Positions 40,289-53,215 of a stretch of 64,000 bases of DNA are shown here, piece after piece. The translations under genes were made by a program, and so were the position numbers. Origin of the DNA: Camelus ferus (Eukaryota). The stretch lies in assembly GCF_009834535.1 (NCBI RefSeq), contig NC_045696.1, positions 101,744,001 through 101,808,000 of the forward strand, in the 5' to 3' direction. Positions within the stretch are counted from its first letter, which is position 1, and every line of letters starts with the position of its first letter. The notes under the pieces were generated by a model. It had not been told where the DNA came from and ran no database searches. It worked only from the letters and a program-made list of their open reading frames with translations.

Positions 40289-40403
40289 GTTAGGAGATAA
40301 AAAATATTTTATGTGCTGTAAGATATGTGCTGCCCTGTTCATTTTTTAAATCACAGTGCCTTGCACAGAGATAAAAACATAGTTGTACCCAAAAAAAAAA
40401 AAA
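40289..40403 (+). other. Probable L1 3'-transduced sequence plus second poly(A)
   Basis: About 100 bp of non-L1 sequence, then A13, then atttagtca matching the 5' flank 38921-38929. Confidence 0.7.
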
Positions 40404-42789
40404 TTTAGTCAGCTAGGAAAGCTGGTGGAAGTGAGACTTCCTCTTAGGCAAAGGTGAGAGTAAAGAGTACAGGAGGGCACTGGTTTAAGGAGGCAAGACA
40501 TATTTTGAAAGCCTCACAATTTTGCTCCTTGAAGCCCTAGCTGCCTGCATTTAGATAGGACAAGTAAAAGCTGTGTAGAGTCATTTGTCCAGCTAGTTAA
40601 CCACATGCAAAGCTTTTCTTCCCACAGTTTTAATAGTGCAATTTCACCATAAAGGAGACTAGTTCCCAGAGTTTTCACTAATCAAGGTATCACATTATGT
40701 TTTTTGGAAAAAAGCATATTTGTGTATCACATTAAGTTCTATCCATGAGGATGATTTTTCCAAGATGCGGCAGACAGAGTGTGGTTTTGGATTCTGCAGC
40801 CCAAACATCAACAAGGCATTTTTTTTCAGGAATTAAACCATAATCCGCAATGCAGCAATAATTCACTACAGAGCTTTGGGCAAGAAGCCTGCCACAAATT
40901 GTCAGTCTGAAATGTTATTAACACATCAGCTACTAAGGTCACCAAAAGACACTATAAAAGTTTCTTTCACTATTCTTAGATGGTAAAATATATAAATCAC
41001 TTAACTGGTGCCCAGAACCTACTTTAAGCAAATAAATCCAACATTTGCTATTCATCGATTTCAAGGAAAGCAACAAGCTGATGAATAAATAATTTTTGGG
41101 ATAGTAAGAATCGTACAGCTTAAATTAGATAGCAAGAACCACCCACAATGATACCCCAAAATACTCATGTACATTTGAGTAGAAGGAATATACATATGTT
41201 TATAGGTATGAGCACAAGGTAGCTAGGATGTGTGTGTGGAGAAAGCATTCCCTTGCAGAAACTAGAAACATTCATATGGTCTCACTATGAATTTTTTAAA
41301 GCTGGTACTGTTTGCTTACACGCTTTTTGCATTCTGTTGTAAATTTATTTTCTATATAAATAAATACTATCTCATTACCAACCATCTCCACTAGAATCTA
41401 GCAGACCATGAAATAGGCTTTGCAAGATCAAGCAATGCACTTAAGCCCAAAAAAACATTGTTTTGGCTTTTAGCTTAAGAACTCATGGAGAAATAAAATT
41501 TTACATAACAGTTTGGAGAATATACACCATATAATCCTTTCCAGTCAAAGGCATTTCTAAAAAGGAAAGCAGATTATTTATAACTGTGCAAAATAAACAT
41601 TTCTACTTCTACCTACTTCTTTGTCTACATTTCTAGTATTTCTAACTTGCATTTTTCCAACAATCCATATTTAAAAGACTGTATTTTCTCTAGTACAAAA
41701 ATCACCCAAGGGCAAAGCATCCTGAGATTTAAATCTGCTAAATTAAACACCAAGTAAGTGATCAATCCACTCCCCAACTTGTTTTAAGCACGTAACTTCC
41801 AAGGAGAATGTAACTAAGAATATTATAAAATTCAAGAGCAAGTGCCTGGCCACATCCTGGATGTCATTCTGAAATGTCGCTAAAATACCAATAAATCAGG
41901 CGTGTATTCCATTAATTAGGCAAATGATGCTGAATGACAACCACAGTAAATACACACCATCAATTGTTCTTATAGGCACTCATTTAGATCTTTACTTAAA
42001 TCGCATAAATTTTAGCACTTTTCACAAAGTACATGTGCCCAGGGCCCAAAGTCTGAAAGGAGTATTTAAGTATCCTCCCCAAAGAAACATCAAAGAGTTA
42101 TATTTTTTGCCCTGAATTTAAAGTGAGTGGGAAACGTAGCAACACAAATTTTTGTAGAACAAGTTCTATTGCCAAGATTAGGAACTGGCGAAAGCCCAGG
42201 AACCGATGTAAGAGCCTGGCACAGCAGAACAGTAAGTTTTGATTGGCAGAAGGCGAGCCTTGAGAGGCACAGCAAAACACACACAAGGGCACTTGTGTTC
42301 TGCCCACTCTCGTGAGCCCCAGGAAAGAAGCAGTGCAAAGGCCCCAGGACGCTTACACAGCAGAAGCCATCAGTTCTGCAGCGTGCATGAACCATAGCAA
42401 TATTTTTATTTAACAGTATGTAAAAGAGAGTTTTGAAAGAACTGAGCTTATACTAAAAGAAAAATGAATTAATCTATTAAGTCACTTGGTCTAATACAGT
42501 GTTTGTATCGCTCTTTATAGGATATTGATTTGGGGTAGCTATATTTCAAAGTCAAAGATATTTTTCATATACTCCAAGGGATTTCTAAAATGAAGTATAT
42601 TTAAATATGAACGGTATAGAGGATTCTATTTTAAAAACAAATAATCAATCTTAAAATTCAGCTACTTGGCGGTGGGGAGGTATCACCGTGGAGACTGTTG
42701 GTTGGCTGGGAGGCATGTGGCTTTGTAGAGAAGGATCTGGCTGGGACCTCAGGGACTCAGGGATCAGTGCTGGCAGGATGGTGGAGGGG

Positions 42790-43475
42790 CCACCATAAAT
42801 CTTGCACCTCCTGATGGGATGCAGTAGGAACTAGGGGACATTACTCATTAAGTATTTGTGTCAAAAATGTTCAACTTGAATCCAATCACTCCTAAAGATC
42901 AAACTTCTGGTTTGTAGAAAACCAGGAGCTAGAAGAACAAGCTAAAGCAGCATCACCAGGAAGCAATTAAATTAAAAAAGCAGGTGGTTTCACAAGATGA
43001 CTGGCCTAGTCTCATCAACAAGTTAATATCATGGAAAGGGAAGGAGGGAGGAAAAGTGGGTGTTGTAGATAAAAATAAACAAGGGACATCACAACAGAAT
43101 GCACCATGGTCCCTCCTTAGGATCCTGGTTTCAGTAACTGGCTATAAAAGACATACTAGGGACAAGACAGGAAATTTGAATATGGGTTCAGTACTAGATA
43201 GTATAAGGCAATTATTACTGTATTTTTAGTTGTAACAATGAATTGTAATTATGTGGGGAACTGCCTTTGTTTTCTAAGAAATCCATTCTGAAGTATTTAA
43301 GAATAAAATGTCATGAAGCCTATAATTTATTTTTAAAGATTTCAGAAAAAAAATAGAAATATGACAAATGTTTCAACAATTATAAAGTCCAAGTAGGAGG
43401 TATCTTGGTGTTTATACATAGTATTCTCTGTACTTTTTAGTATGTTTAAAATTTTTTAATAATAATAAATATAAA
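42790..43475 (+). mobile_element. L1ME-type 3' end
   Basis: ggaaatttgaatatggg, attctgaagtattta, tattctctgtactttttagtatgtttaaaatttttt. Confidence 0.65.
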
Positions 43476-43731
43476 CAAATAAAACAAAGTTATTTTTTAA
43501 AGATTTTTCTGTCACTTTCTTTAGTTTAGATATTCAAAGCAAAATAGTCTCTATGTAGCATTTAACTATCTTCCTGTCCCATAAGTCCCAAGAAACAATT
43601 TTGTATCTTCTATTTATTTGTACTCTTTAATGCTTTTCAAAAAAGCAGCAGGTTTCTGAGCCTTAATTCAGTAACTTTTATAGAACACTTGAGAGTATAT
43701 CTTATTTTACTCTTCTAAAATACACATTTAA

Positions 43732-43762
43732 GTGCTTGCTTTGGCAGCACACACACTAAAAT
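43732..43762 (+). pseudogene. 3'-truncated (tailless) U6 snRNA retrocopy, nt 1 to ~31
   Basis: gtgcttgctttggcagcacacacactaaaat versus U6 5' end GTGCTCGCTTCGGCAGCACATATACTAAAAT; direct repeat ctaaaatacacatttaa at 43715-43731 and 43756-43772. Confidence 0.9.
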
Positions 43763-43961
43763 ACACATTTAAAAAAAGTATTTTAAAAGATAGCCAGTTA
43801 CTCAATACTGTCATCCAAAAATGACCATTGTTAATATCAATATTCCAGTCTTTTTTTAGAGCACATATATTTTGATATACTAAAGATATTACTACACACA
43901 AATTTTTATTCTGCCTTTTTCATATATTGTAAAAGAGCCTGGGTCTTAGTCTTTTTCTAAA

Positions 43962-44240
43962 TTTTTTTTTTCTTTTTCAGTTTTATTAGGTAGAATTATT
44001 ACAGTTTGACTGCACTTACACATTATATTGCATGTAAATACATATATACAGTATACTGCACTTTTCTTAGTTTACATATATGTACAATTATTGTTTCTAA
44101 GAACAGATTAGAGCATTAGCTTTTTAAACTTACCTAGTTATCAAAAGAACAAAGCCAACTACAAAATAAGAATCAACAGAATGCAGTAATCCAATCATAA
44201 AGGACAGTCAAATGTGCTTACATATATTCAAGAAATCAAA
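43962..44240 (-). pseudogene. Probable processed-pseudogene fragment (mRNA 3' UTR end), parent unidentified
   Basis: Minus strand ends ...tgtaataattctacctAATAAAactgaaaaagaaaaaaaaaa; 3'-UTR-like composition; no convincing TSD found. Confidence 0.5.
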
Positions 44241-46619
44241 ATAATAATTAGTTCATTTGTGTCATTATTATTATTGCTATTATTTTTTAGATTCTTCATA
44301 TAAATTATGTCTTAAATTGTCTTAAAAGATTCTCTAAACACAGGGTAGATGTTATAACTACAGTGCATCTATGCGTAAGGACAATTTTTTTAAGCCAATA
44401 TTTAACTATCTTCTCCATTAGAGAAATTCCTATTAAGGAAGCCACAAAGAGGAAAACCACAGTTAGCATATAACCACCAAGCTATATTATGACTGGAATC
44501 ATGGCCCCAGGGCTCCCCACTGCCAGCAGACAGCCAGAAATGGGGGCAGAGGCTCCTTCTCTTCAAAGTTGCATAACACTGACATCCAATTTCATTACTT
44601 GAAACAATTTGGGGATATGCTCCTTCAGAATGGAAAAACTGAACACAGATAGTTAGAAATATTTATAGAAGTAAGTCTTAGCTGTACCTAGAAGAAGGCC
44701 TGGCATGGATATGTGGATTGAGAGTCAGCGAGAAGGCAAAAACACAAGGGAAGGGATTGAGTTGGAGAAGGGTTTGAAAATGGGCACCTCCTGAAGAGGC
44801 AACATAGGAAAAGGTGTAGGAAGGTGTCGAGTACGTACCTGTAACCAAGCTACAGCAGAAGGTAGCTGAAGAGATTTAAAACACAATTTCTATAAGTAAT
44901 ATTAGACTGATGATAAAAGACTTTGAATGACAAATTCAATCGCACTTCAAACTTCACATCCTGTACAGTTACTGTGAGTTCTCAAGCCATAGAAAGCCAC
45001 AGTGAAAGCAATGTTTTAGTTAGATCAATCTGGCAAAAGTGTTGGTGTGGTTTGCTTTGGAGGTAAATAAAAGCTGGGAAAGAATGACACGTCTGTCACA
45101 ACAGTGAGTCAGTGGACGGCTGTAGCCATGGGACTAGGAAGGCAGGAACACTGTAAAGGAAGAGTAAACATGACTCTGTGGCTAATTAAATAAGAGAGAT
45201 AATGGAGAGGAAGAAGTGAAGGATGACTCATGGATGTATCCCTGGTGACTGGAGGAAAGGCACGCCACCAACTGAAAAGAGGGCTGGGAGTGGGAAGGAG
45301 ATAGGGAGAAGAGGGAGGCTTGACTTCGGAGTTTTAACTGATAGTGGGACGTGCATGTGGAAAAGTTCTATAGGCATCTGGAAAGATGAACCTAGACCTA
45401 GGGCCTAGAGCAAAATCTGACAATAAAGTAATGTGAAACGTTCCACAACTGGTTTGTACAACCCAGCATTTTAACTATATAGGACTCCTTTTATAGGCCA
45501 GTAGCTTAAGCGATCACTGAAACAAGAGCGAAAAATAATCTTTGGTCATTCATGTATTCAACCAATACACATTTATGTTCATCATGAATGCATATTACAT
45601 TTACCATACATCAATGACATTCTAATCCCCTTCCCATTAAGAAGGTGTACAAGTAAAATTCAAAATACGTGAAAGTCAATCCAGGATAACTAGGGGATGT
45701 GTGCTGTCCTCATCTATGCTGGAAATTACTTGTATATTGAAAAATCAAGACAGGTTGTTTTCAGATGATAGAAAACATCAGTGTGATTCTAGCTCCACAA
45801 TTTGATAACATAGTTATTCTTTTAAAATTACCTGTTAACCCTGGGCAACAGAAGAGTAACATGGCTCCACTGGACACAGGAGGATGGGGTAATAGGTAGG
45901 GGCCTTTTTTAGCCTTTTGAGAAGAAAATGAAATTATTTCATCTCTGGACTTTTAAGTACTATTAGAATGTTTTTTTTTTTCTTTCTAAACAGGGAAATA
46001 ATGTTACAAAAGCATCTTTTTTTATTTGTTTGCATCTCTCCCCCACACCCTGGTGTTTTAAAAATGCAAAAAAAAATACACTTTCTGTATAAAAACACTT
46101 AAAAGATTTTTTAAAATACACCAAAATAAAATTTAAAAATACCTGTTATCAAATCTAGCCTTAAAATGCTGTTGCATCGGGAATCAATGTTGCATTAAAC
46201 GAACTTACAAAAAATTCCCTGCCATCATCTTTGCTATAGCTGTCAATATTACTCAGCTCCCATTAGCCACGGTATGATTAAGTCCCAGTGAGTCTATTTT
46301 GATTCTCTTACATAGTTACTCATGGTGTTTCTGCTATGTCTCTAACCCAGAGAGGTATGAAGTCATATAATTCACAAAACTGTCAAAGAAAAGTGAATCA
46401 AAAGGACATTAGCATAATGGCTTAATCATTCAAAAATGAGTGGTGGTAGCCAGAGACAGGCAAGTCAACTACCTTTTCAGAACTCTTTTCCCAGGGTATC
46501 AAATTTCTTATTTTCTTTATCCTATGCCATGATCTAAAGGTCTTACCATATCTTTATTAACATTTTTCTGCACAATGTTAATAAATGCCAACATGTCAGA
46601 AATAACCATTTTTAATAGT

Positions 46620-47060
46620 TCATTAGTCAGCTGACATTGGCTGGAAGTCTTCCAGCTGCAAGTAAAAACATGATTTAAGCTGTCTCAGATAAGGATATGT
46701 ATACCTGTAATTCCAGGGGAGGGCACAGTATAGGTTTGAAACAAGCCAATAACTCCAGTCCCTTTTCTCTGTAATTCACTCCACTGAGTCCTCCACTGTG
46801 AATTAATTTCACCCTTAGATTAGCTTCTGCATGATGGAAAAAGAGCTGCAGCAGTTCTGAGTTTTTTATCTGCACCTCCATGACGGCCAGAGAAAGACAG
46901 AATATCCCTTTTGAGTGTGGCTCTCTCTTAGGAGCAAGAAAATTTCTTTCCCTGAAGCACTTAGCAAACCTTTTTTTATGTCTCACTGGCACAAACTGGG
47001 TCATATCACATGCTCATTTCTGAAGCAATCACTTTCCAAGACGAGAGATTATGTTTGGTC
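46620..47060 (-). mobile_element. Old MaLR LTR (MLT1J/K-like)
   Basis: ccagctgcaagta...tttaagc; tctcactggcacaaactgggtcatatcacatgctcatttctgaagcaatcact. Confidence 0.55.
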
Positions 47061-48030
47061 AGTGACACCAATCCCTAGAATTTGGAAAAAGGTCTTACCT
47101 GAAGACCAAAGGCTCTGCCACTGGACATTATTTTTGTTTTATTTTGTTTTGTTTTTTAAGTAGGGATTTTTGGTGTAGGGTAAAGGAAAAAATGGAAAAG
47201 AACCCATTTGCTAGTTCACATGGTTACCTACTCCTTCCACTTGCCTCAATTTTTCACTTTTTGAATTTCAAGAGACTGCCCTGTCATTTGTCCCCACTTA
47301 CTAGCCTAATTGCAAGTTTAATTTTTCAATAATATTAGTAACTAGGATCCAGTATACTGGGACTACTTTTTCCTAGTAATTTTTTTCACATATGTATTTT
47401 TTCTTTCTTCTGTTCCTAAAGATATTAGTCGGATTTCTAATATTTGGAGGGAACACTCATCAAGAATAAAGACTTTCTGTGTATCACTTCCAATACTAGA
47501 TCATTTGAATACTTTTTGAGGGGTGGGAGTATGCATGGTATTTTTAAAATACCATCAGTTTATCAAAAGAGATCTGACATTTTCACTGCTAGAGTAAAGG
47601 TAAAATTTTTAAACATAGTATACTTAAGCCTGGTCAGATTTAATCTTTTCTCTGTCTCCCATATACTGCTTCTGAAAGGGTGTAGTTTTATCTTCTGCCT
47701 TCCTCGTTCTCTCAATGGTGTGAAGAATCAATCCCTTGGCTCCAGATCTGATATATATTACAACTAACAGCTACTATTCATTGAACATGTAGGAACTTAT
47801 CTACATTACTCCTCATATCAGTTCTGCATAATAAATGTTATTCATTAATTTATTTCCAAGGAAACTGAGGCCCAGAGAAGCTAAATTTCACAAAGTTTTC
47901 AGACTAATGATTGGTACAGTCGAGATCCAAAAAATGTCTGTCTGATTCAAGGGCCATATTATTTCCATTATGTCAAATGGCTTCTCGGTTTCAAAAGCCC
48001 ACGAATAATTTTTTTAAATTAATAATCTTT

Positions 48031-48140
48031 GGGGTGCAGGGGTAGCCCAGTGGTAGAGTGCGTGCTTAGCATGCATGTGGTCCTGGGTTCAATCCCCAGT
48101 ACTTCCATTAAAAACAAACAAACAAACAAATAAACAAATA
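48031..48140 (+). mobile_element. tRNA-Ala-derived SINE (Vic-1-like)
   Basis: gtagcccagtggtagagtgcgtgcttagcatgcatgtggtcctgggttcaatccccagtacttcca followed by an (AAAC)n tail. Confidence 0.88.
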
Positions 48141-48149
48141 GCTAGCTAG

Positions 48150-48750
48150 CTTTTTTAAGAGCAATTTTAGAATCACAGTAAAACCGAGCAGAAGCAGAAC
48201 TGAAAGTACAGAGTTCCCATGTACCCTCTGCCCCCACAGATGCATATCTTCCTCCACTATCATTATCCTTCACCAGAGTATTATATTTCTTTCATTCGAT
48301 TCACTCTTGATGTTATACATTTTGTGGAGTTTGACATCTGTGCAATACAATTACCCACCACTGTACTATCGTGCAGACTACCTCCACTGCCCTAAAAATC
48401 CTCTGCTTTGCTGATTCATCCTCCCTCCTTCAACCCCTGGCAACCACTGATCTTTTACGGTCTCCATATAGTTTTGCCTTTTCCAAAGTGTCATGTAGTT
48501 GGAATCATACAGTATGTAGCCTTTTCAGATTGCCTTCTTTCACTTAGTAATATGTACTTAAGTTTATTCCATGTCTTTTTGTGGCTTGATAGCTCATTTT
48601 TTATCACAATAGTATTCCATTGCCTGGATATACCACAGTTTATTCATCTGTTCACCTTCTGAAGGATATCTTGGTTGCTTCCAAATTTTAGCAGATATGA
48701 ATAAAGCTGCTATAAACACCTGTCTATAGGTTTTCAAGTGGATATGTTTT
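48150..48750 (-). mobile_element. L1MC-type 3' end
   Basis: aagtacagagttcccat, gttggaatcatacagtatgtagccttttcagattg, cttggttgcttcca. Confidence 0.85.
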
Positions 48751-49500
48751 CAATCCCATCAACAATCTTCAGTTACTCCCACCTCCAATGAATGTAATTT
48801 TAAGGAAAATTACAGCAATCGTTAGAAAGATTTACTGTAGGCTTGTCCTCTGAGTGAAGTTTCCAAGGGACATCAAGAATTCTCTAAATCCAAAAGAAAA
48901 TATTTTGAAAATATAGGTTAGTAGTTAATAATATCTTATGAGAGAGTTTTTATTAAAATTATACAAATGTTTAATATGGACTTCTTAACACAAATGGAAC
49001 TCCTGAAATATTGTAAAAATACAATTTGAAGAATATTAATAAAGATTAGTTTTCACTGTTCTTCAGTTGATAGAACTGAAAGTCTCAATGCCAAATGACA
49101 ATGGCAAAAATAAATTATTTTCCAATAATTACATATTTGCATTCCAGCCATTCTTGGCACAGATTTTAGGGTGAACATATAGAGAAAAAGGAGAAGGCTG
49201 TGCAAGCAAAGATAAGGACCTTATCCTGAGAGGCCCTAGATCCTGTGGCCCCCGGGAGAGGCTAAGGGTATGATGTCTGCAGCACTAGACAGCAGTATAA
49301 TGAATTCCAAATCATAAATTTCACTGAGGGTTAATGTCCAACATGGGCCCAAACAATCATTTTAAAACAAGGGCACATAAAATAAACTCCATTTTCAGCA
49401 CAATTTTAGAAGTTTAATTTGAATCTGATGAATCATGTTTAACACATATAAATTTTTACTTGTAGAGTTCATGTTATTTTAGATCATTCTTTTTATTATA

Positions 49501-49758
49501 CAGGTAGATCTCAAAGATAGCGTGGGTTTGGTTGCAGACCACTACAATAAAGTAAATATTGCGATAAAGCAAGTCATGTGAATTTTCTGGTTTCCCAGTG
49601 TATGTAAAACTTGTGTTAACACTATACTGTAGTCTAATAAGTGTGCAATAACATTATGTCTTAAAAATCTATATAGACCTTAATTAAGAAATAATGTTGG
49701 AAAAATGGCACAGAGAAACTTGTTATCCTGCAGCTGCAGGGTTGCCACAAAACTTCAA
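49501..49758 (-). mobile_element. Internally deleted Tigger1-type DNA transposon
   Basis: TA then caggtagatctcaaagatagcgtgggtttggttgcagaccactacaataaag (one end) joined to gttggaaaaatggc...cagggttgccacaaaacttcaa (near the other end). Confidence 0.85.
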
Positions 49759-49889
49759 AGGCAGAGTGGGAAACCTAGACAAGGAACAAAGCCTTGTGAG
49801 GCTGCAGTGACGCTCCCCAAACCCTCTCAGTGGTAGTATCAGAGACAGCAAAGTAGGAAGCAAAACCCCCATACTAAACATCCTTGTCT

Positions 49890-51310
49890 TGCATCATTTC
49901 TGACAAACCTGCTGTCAATCATATCTTTATTAACCTATAGTGCATTTTTTTTTCTTTTTTCCTTTAGCTGCTGCTTTTAAGATTTTTCTTTCATCACTTC
50001 TTCTAGGTAATTTAATTATAATATGCCTTGGTGTAGTTTTCTTCATGATTCTTGTGCATGGAGTTCATCGAGCTTCTTGGATCTGTGAGTTTAAAATTTC
50101 AACAAACCTGAAAAATGCCAGGCATAACTTATTCAAATATTTTTCTACATCTCCCTCCCCTTCTTTGGAGACTCCAATTACAACAATATTAGGCTGCCTG
50201 AAGTTGTCCCAAAGCTCACTGATGCCTTTTTCCTTCCTTTTACGTTCTTTTCTTTCTCAGTGGTTCACATTGGATAAATTTTATTGTTATGTTTTCGAGT
50301 GTACTAATCTTTTTCTTTCCTGCAATGTCTTATCTGTTATTTATCCTATTCAGTATATGTTAAAATCTCAGCCATTGTGGTTCTCATCTCCAGAAGTTTG
50401 ATTTGGGTCTTTTAATGATATTTTACTTAGTTTTTTGAATTTAGTTCAATCAGTTTTAATGCCCTTATGTTAACCCATTTCTGGGTCCACTTCAATTGAT
50501 TAATTTTTCTCATCATTATGGGTCATGTATTTCTGCTTCTTTAAATTTCTGGTAATCTTTGATTGGATGCCAGACATGATTTTTATATGATTGAAGGATG
50601 CACATTTTTGTATAAATATTTTTTGAGCTTTCTTTTTTAACACAGTTATTCGAGAAATTTGATCATTTTAGAGCTTACTTTTAAGATCGGTTAGGTAGAA
50701 TTAGAATAACATTTAGTTTAGGGATGATTAATTATTCTCCACTGTTGAGACCCTTCTGAGTACACTACACAATGCCCTGAATTGTGCGGTTTTTCCAGTG
50801 TGGCTGGTGGAATCAGGCCCTCTTCAGGCAGTGTGTGAACACCAGGTTTAATTACCTCTAATCTTTTTTTTTGAACAGTTCTTCCCATGACCTTAGGTAG
50901 TTTCCTCCCATGTATGTGTAGATTAGTACTTTATTGAATACTAGAGGAGGACCCTCTGCAGGCTTCCAAGATTCTCTCTGTGCAGCTCTCTCCTTTCAAC
51001 ACCTGGCTCTGTGAGCCCCACCTACCATCATCTCTCTGGACTCCCAGTAGCTCAGGGAAGCCAGTGTTCTCTGCCTTGTTTTCCTTTCCCTGCATCAAGG
51101 CCTGGAAACTCTCTCAGGCAAAAAAAGAGGCAATAGTAGGACTAACTTCATGTGTTTTCCCTCTTTCAAGAGTCACCTTCTTTCATTGTCTGATGTCTAG
51201 TGCCCTGAAAACTATTTTTTCATATATTTTTGTCTTGTTTTCTTGTTTGTTTACAGCAGGGAGGTAAATTCAATCTCTGTATTCTCTCTTGGCTAGAAGC
51301 AGAAGTCTGG
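49890..51310 (-). mobile_element. Old L1 ORF1/5' region remnant
   Basis: gctgcttttaagatttt...atatgccttggtgtagttttctt...gcttcttggatctgtgagttt; ORF 49940..50401 is its antisense reading. Confidence 0.7.
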
Positions 51311-52909
51311 TGAGAAAATCTTGAAAGAAATTAGACTTGGAAATTGTACAGTCAGAAGACAAAGGAACCCGTATCTGCCTACTCTCTTTTACTCTTCAGT
51401 GGAACATGGCATTTGAGTGCTCACCATTGACTAAATGTTCTTGTCTCCCTAGACCCCACCTTCACCAATTCCCAGAATACCGAGACTTAGGGAAATGTGC
51501 GATTAGGAAAAGGAGAACAGATATTAGACCTAGATCCTACACCTCTGTATAAGGGTTGAGTTTTTCTGAAAGTCGGTGGAGATTCATTCAGCATAGTTTC
51601 AGTAGAAGCTTGGAACTGAAGATGCAGACTTGAGGTCAGGACTGCCATTTCCCAGTGAATACTCAAACTTCTTGAACATGTTTTCACACCAGCCCTGAGA
51701 AGCGCACATGATCCAAAGGTGCAAATTCCTTTAACGGGAAGACTCAAGTGGGACTAAGCTAAAATCTCCCTTTTTCTAACACTTTCTAGAATAAGCTAAC
51801 TTTAATTGCATTACTTAATTTCCCCCCAAGAAAGAGTATAAATAATAGATTCATAGGGATAAGAGACTGTGGTGAAAGCCACAAGTTACTAAAATTAGAC
51901 TCATGTGTTTAGCTTGAGATTGTTGAAACTGACATTTGGAGAGCAATGTTTCCTGGCTGTGCAAAAAACAAGTGTATTCTTAGAGAAGTACAATTAAAGA
52001 AATGACCATTTCAGAAAAAAAATTATTTTCAGGGTATAGTATAGACAAATTTGCAACACATTTTTCAATGCAGTATTACCAAAATCTGCCAATTGAGTTA
52101 AAGTTCTAGTGAAAAAGTTAATCCTTGAGACTGACCAGCTTCTCTGCCTTCTTCCAGACTTCACTCCAACTTCCTTCTTGGAGAAACTCCTCCTGTTTAA
52201 ATGGACATACATCTTATCCTTTCATGGAGTTCACACCTCAGAAACATAGGCCAAAAGGAAGAGCAAAGAAAGAAAACTGTGTAATACTACCTTCCTTGGT
52301 TGACTCCTAGGATAGCAAAGACTTGGATAAACTTCATGAGGAAAACCACAGTACCCTAAAACCAAAATTCAAGCTCACCTGCAGATACCCTACCTTTTCA
52401 TAGAATCTAATTCAAGTCTTTTAAATGTAGAGGACAATTTAAAGTAAATTCTTGCTTCATTAACCACCCAAAACTCTCTATTAGAAACCCAGTGTAACAG
52501 CTCCAGGTTCTTCTTCTTTTCCCAAAACCCCCATTGTCTTCCCTTGAATCTGGAAGATAAGCAATAGCTATAAAACAGTAATCTGGAAGAGACGGCTGAG
52601 CCTTTCCTCATAGGGCATAGGGGTGTCTGATGTGTCCAAAGCCCCTTTACAATCTGAGCACATAATCCTCTATCCTATACTAAGATTGGACCCCAAACCA
52701 CCTGATAAGTCTTGATTTCCCAACCTCACTGTAGCATAGGTATAATGAATAAGTACTTTAAAGCCCCAATATAACGTGAGGACAGATCCTCCTCTGAAAG
52801 GACAAGAAAAATCTTCACTCTGCTACAGAATCAAGGCACCATACACTCTCCAGCTCCTAGCACCACATACTGCTCCCAGCTCCAATTCTGCAGTAGCAAT
52901 TGATGCTCC

Positions 52910-53215
52910 TAGTCATTTATCCAACAGTTATCTATTGTGCACCTGTTACATGCTAGGCATTGTGCTAGATGATAGAAACACAAAGGAGAACAAGCCTGAA
53001 AAGGCCTCTGATGTCACAAAGAGCAGAAGGTGAAAACAGGTAATAGAAGAGTAAACAAATAGGTAATTGCAGAAAAATAAATGTTTTAAAGCAGATGAAA
53101 TAGGGTAATTATGAAAGAGTACTTTGAATGAGGTGTAGAGGTTTCTATAAATAGAGTAGTCAGGGAAGGCCTCTCTGAGTGGGTGACATTTGGGCTGAGA
53201 TGGAAGGCAAGACGT
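52910..53215 (-). mobile_element. L2 LINE 3' remnant
   Basis: tattgtgcacctgttacatgctaggcattgtgctag; gtcagggaaggcctctctgagtgggtgacatttgggctgaga. Confidence 0.75.

Noticed and set aside
43732..43762. Functional U6 snRNA gene
   Set aside because: Only about 31 nt of the roughly 107-nt RNA, mutated, flanked by a TSD, with no Pol III terminator context
48031..48110. tRNA-Ala(AGC) gene (also 7203-7272)
   Set aside because: Disrupted stems, A-rich tail rather than a T-run terminator, and two dispersed diverged copies indicate SINEs
49940..50401. 153-aa hydrophobic ORF
   Set aside because: Antisense reading of a degraded L1 ORF1 region
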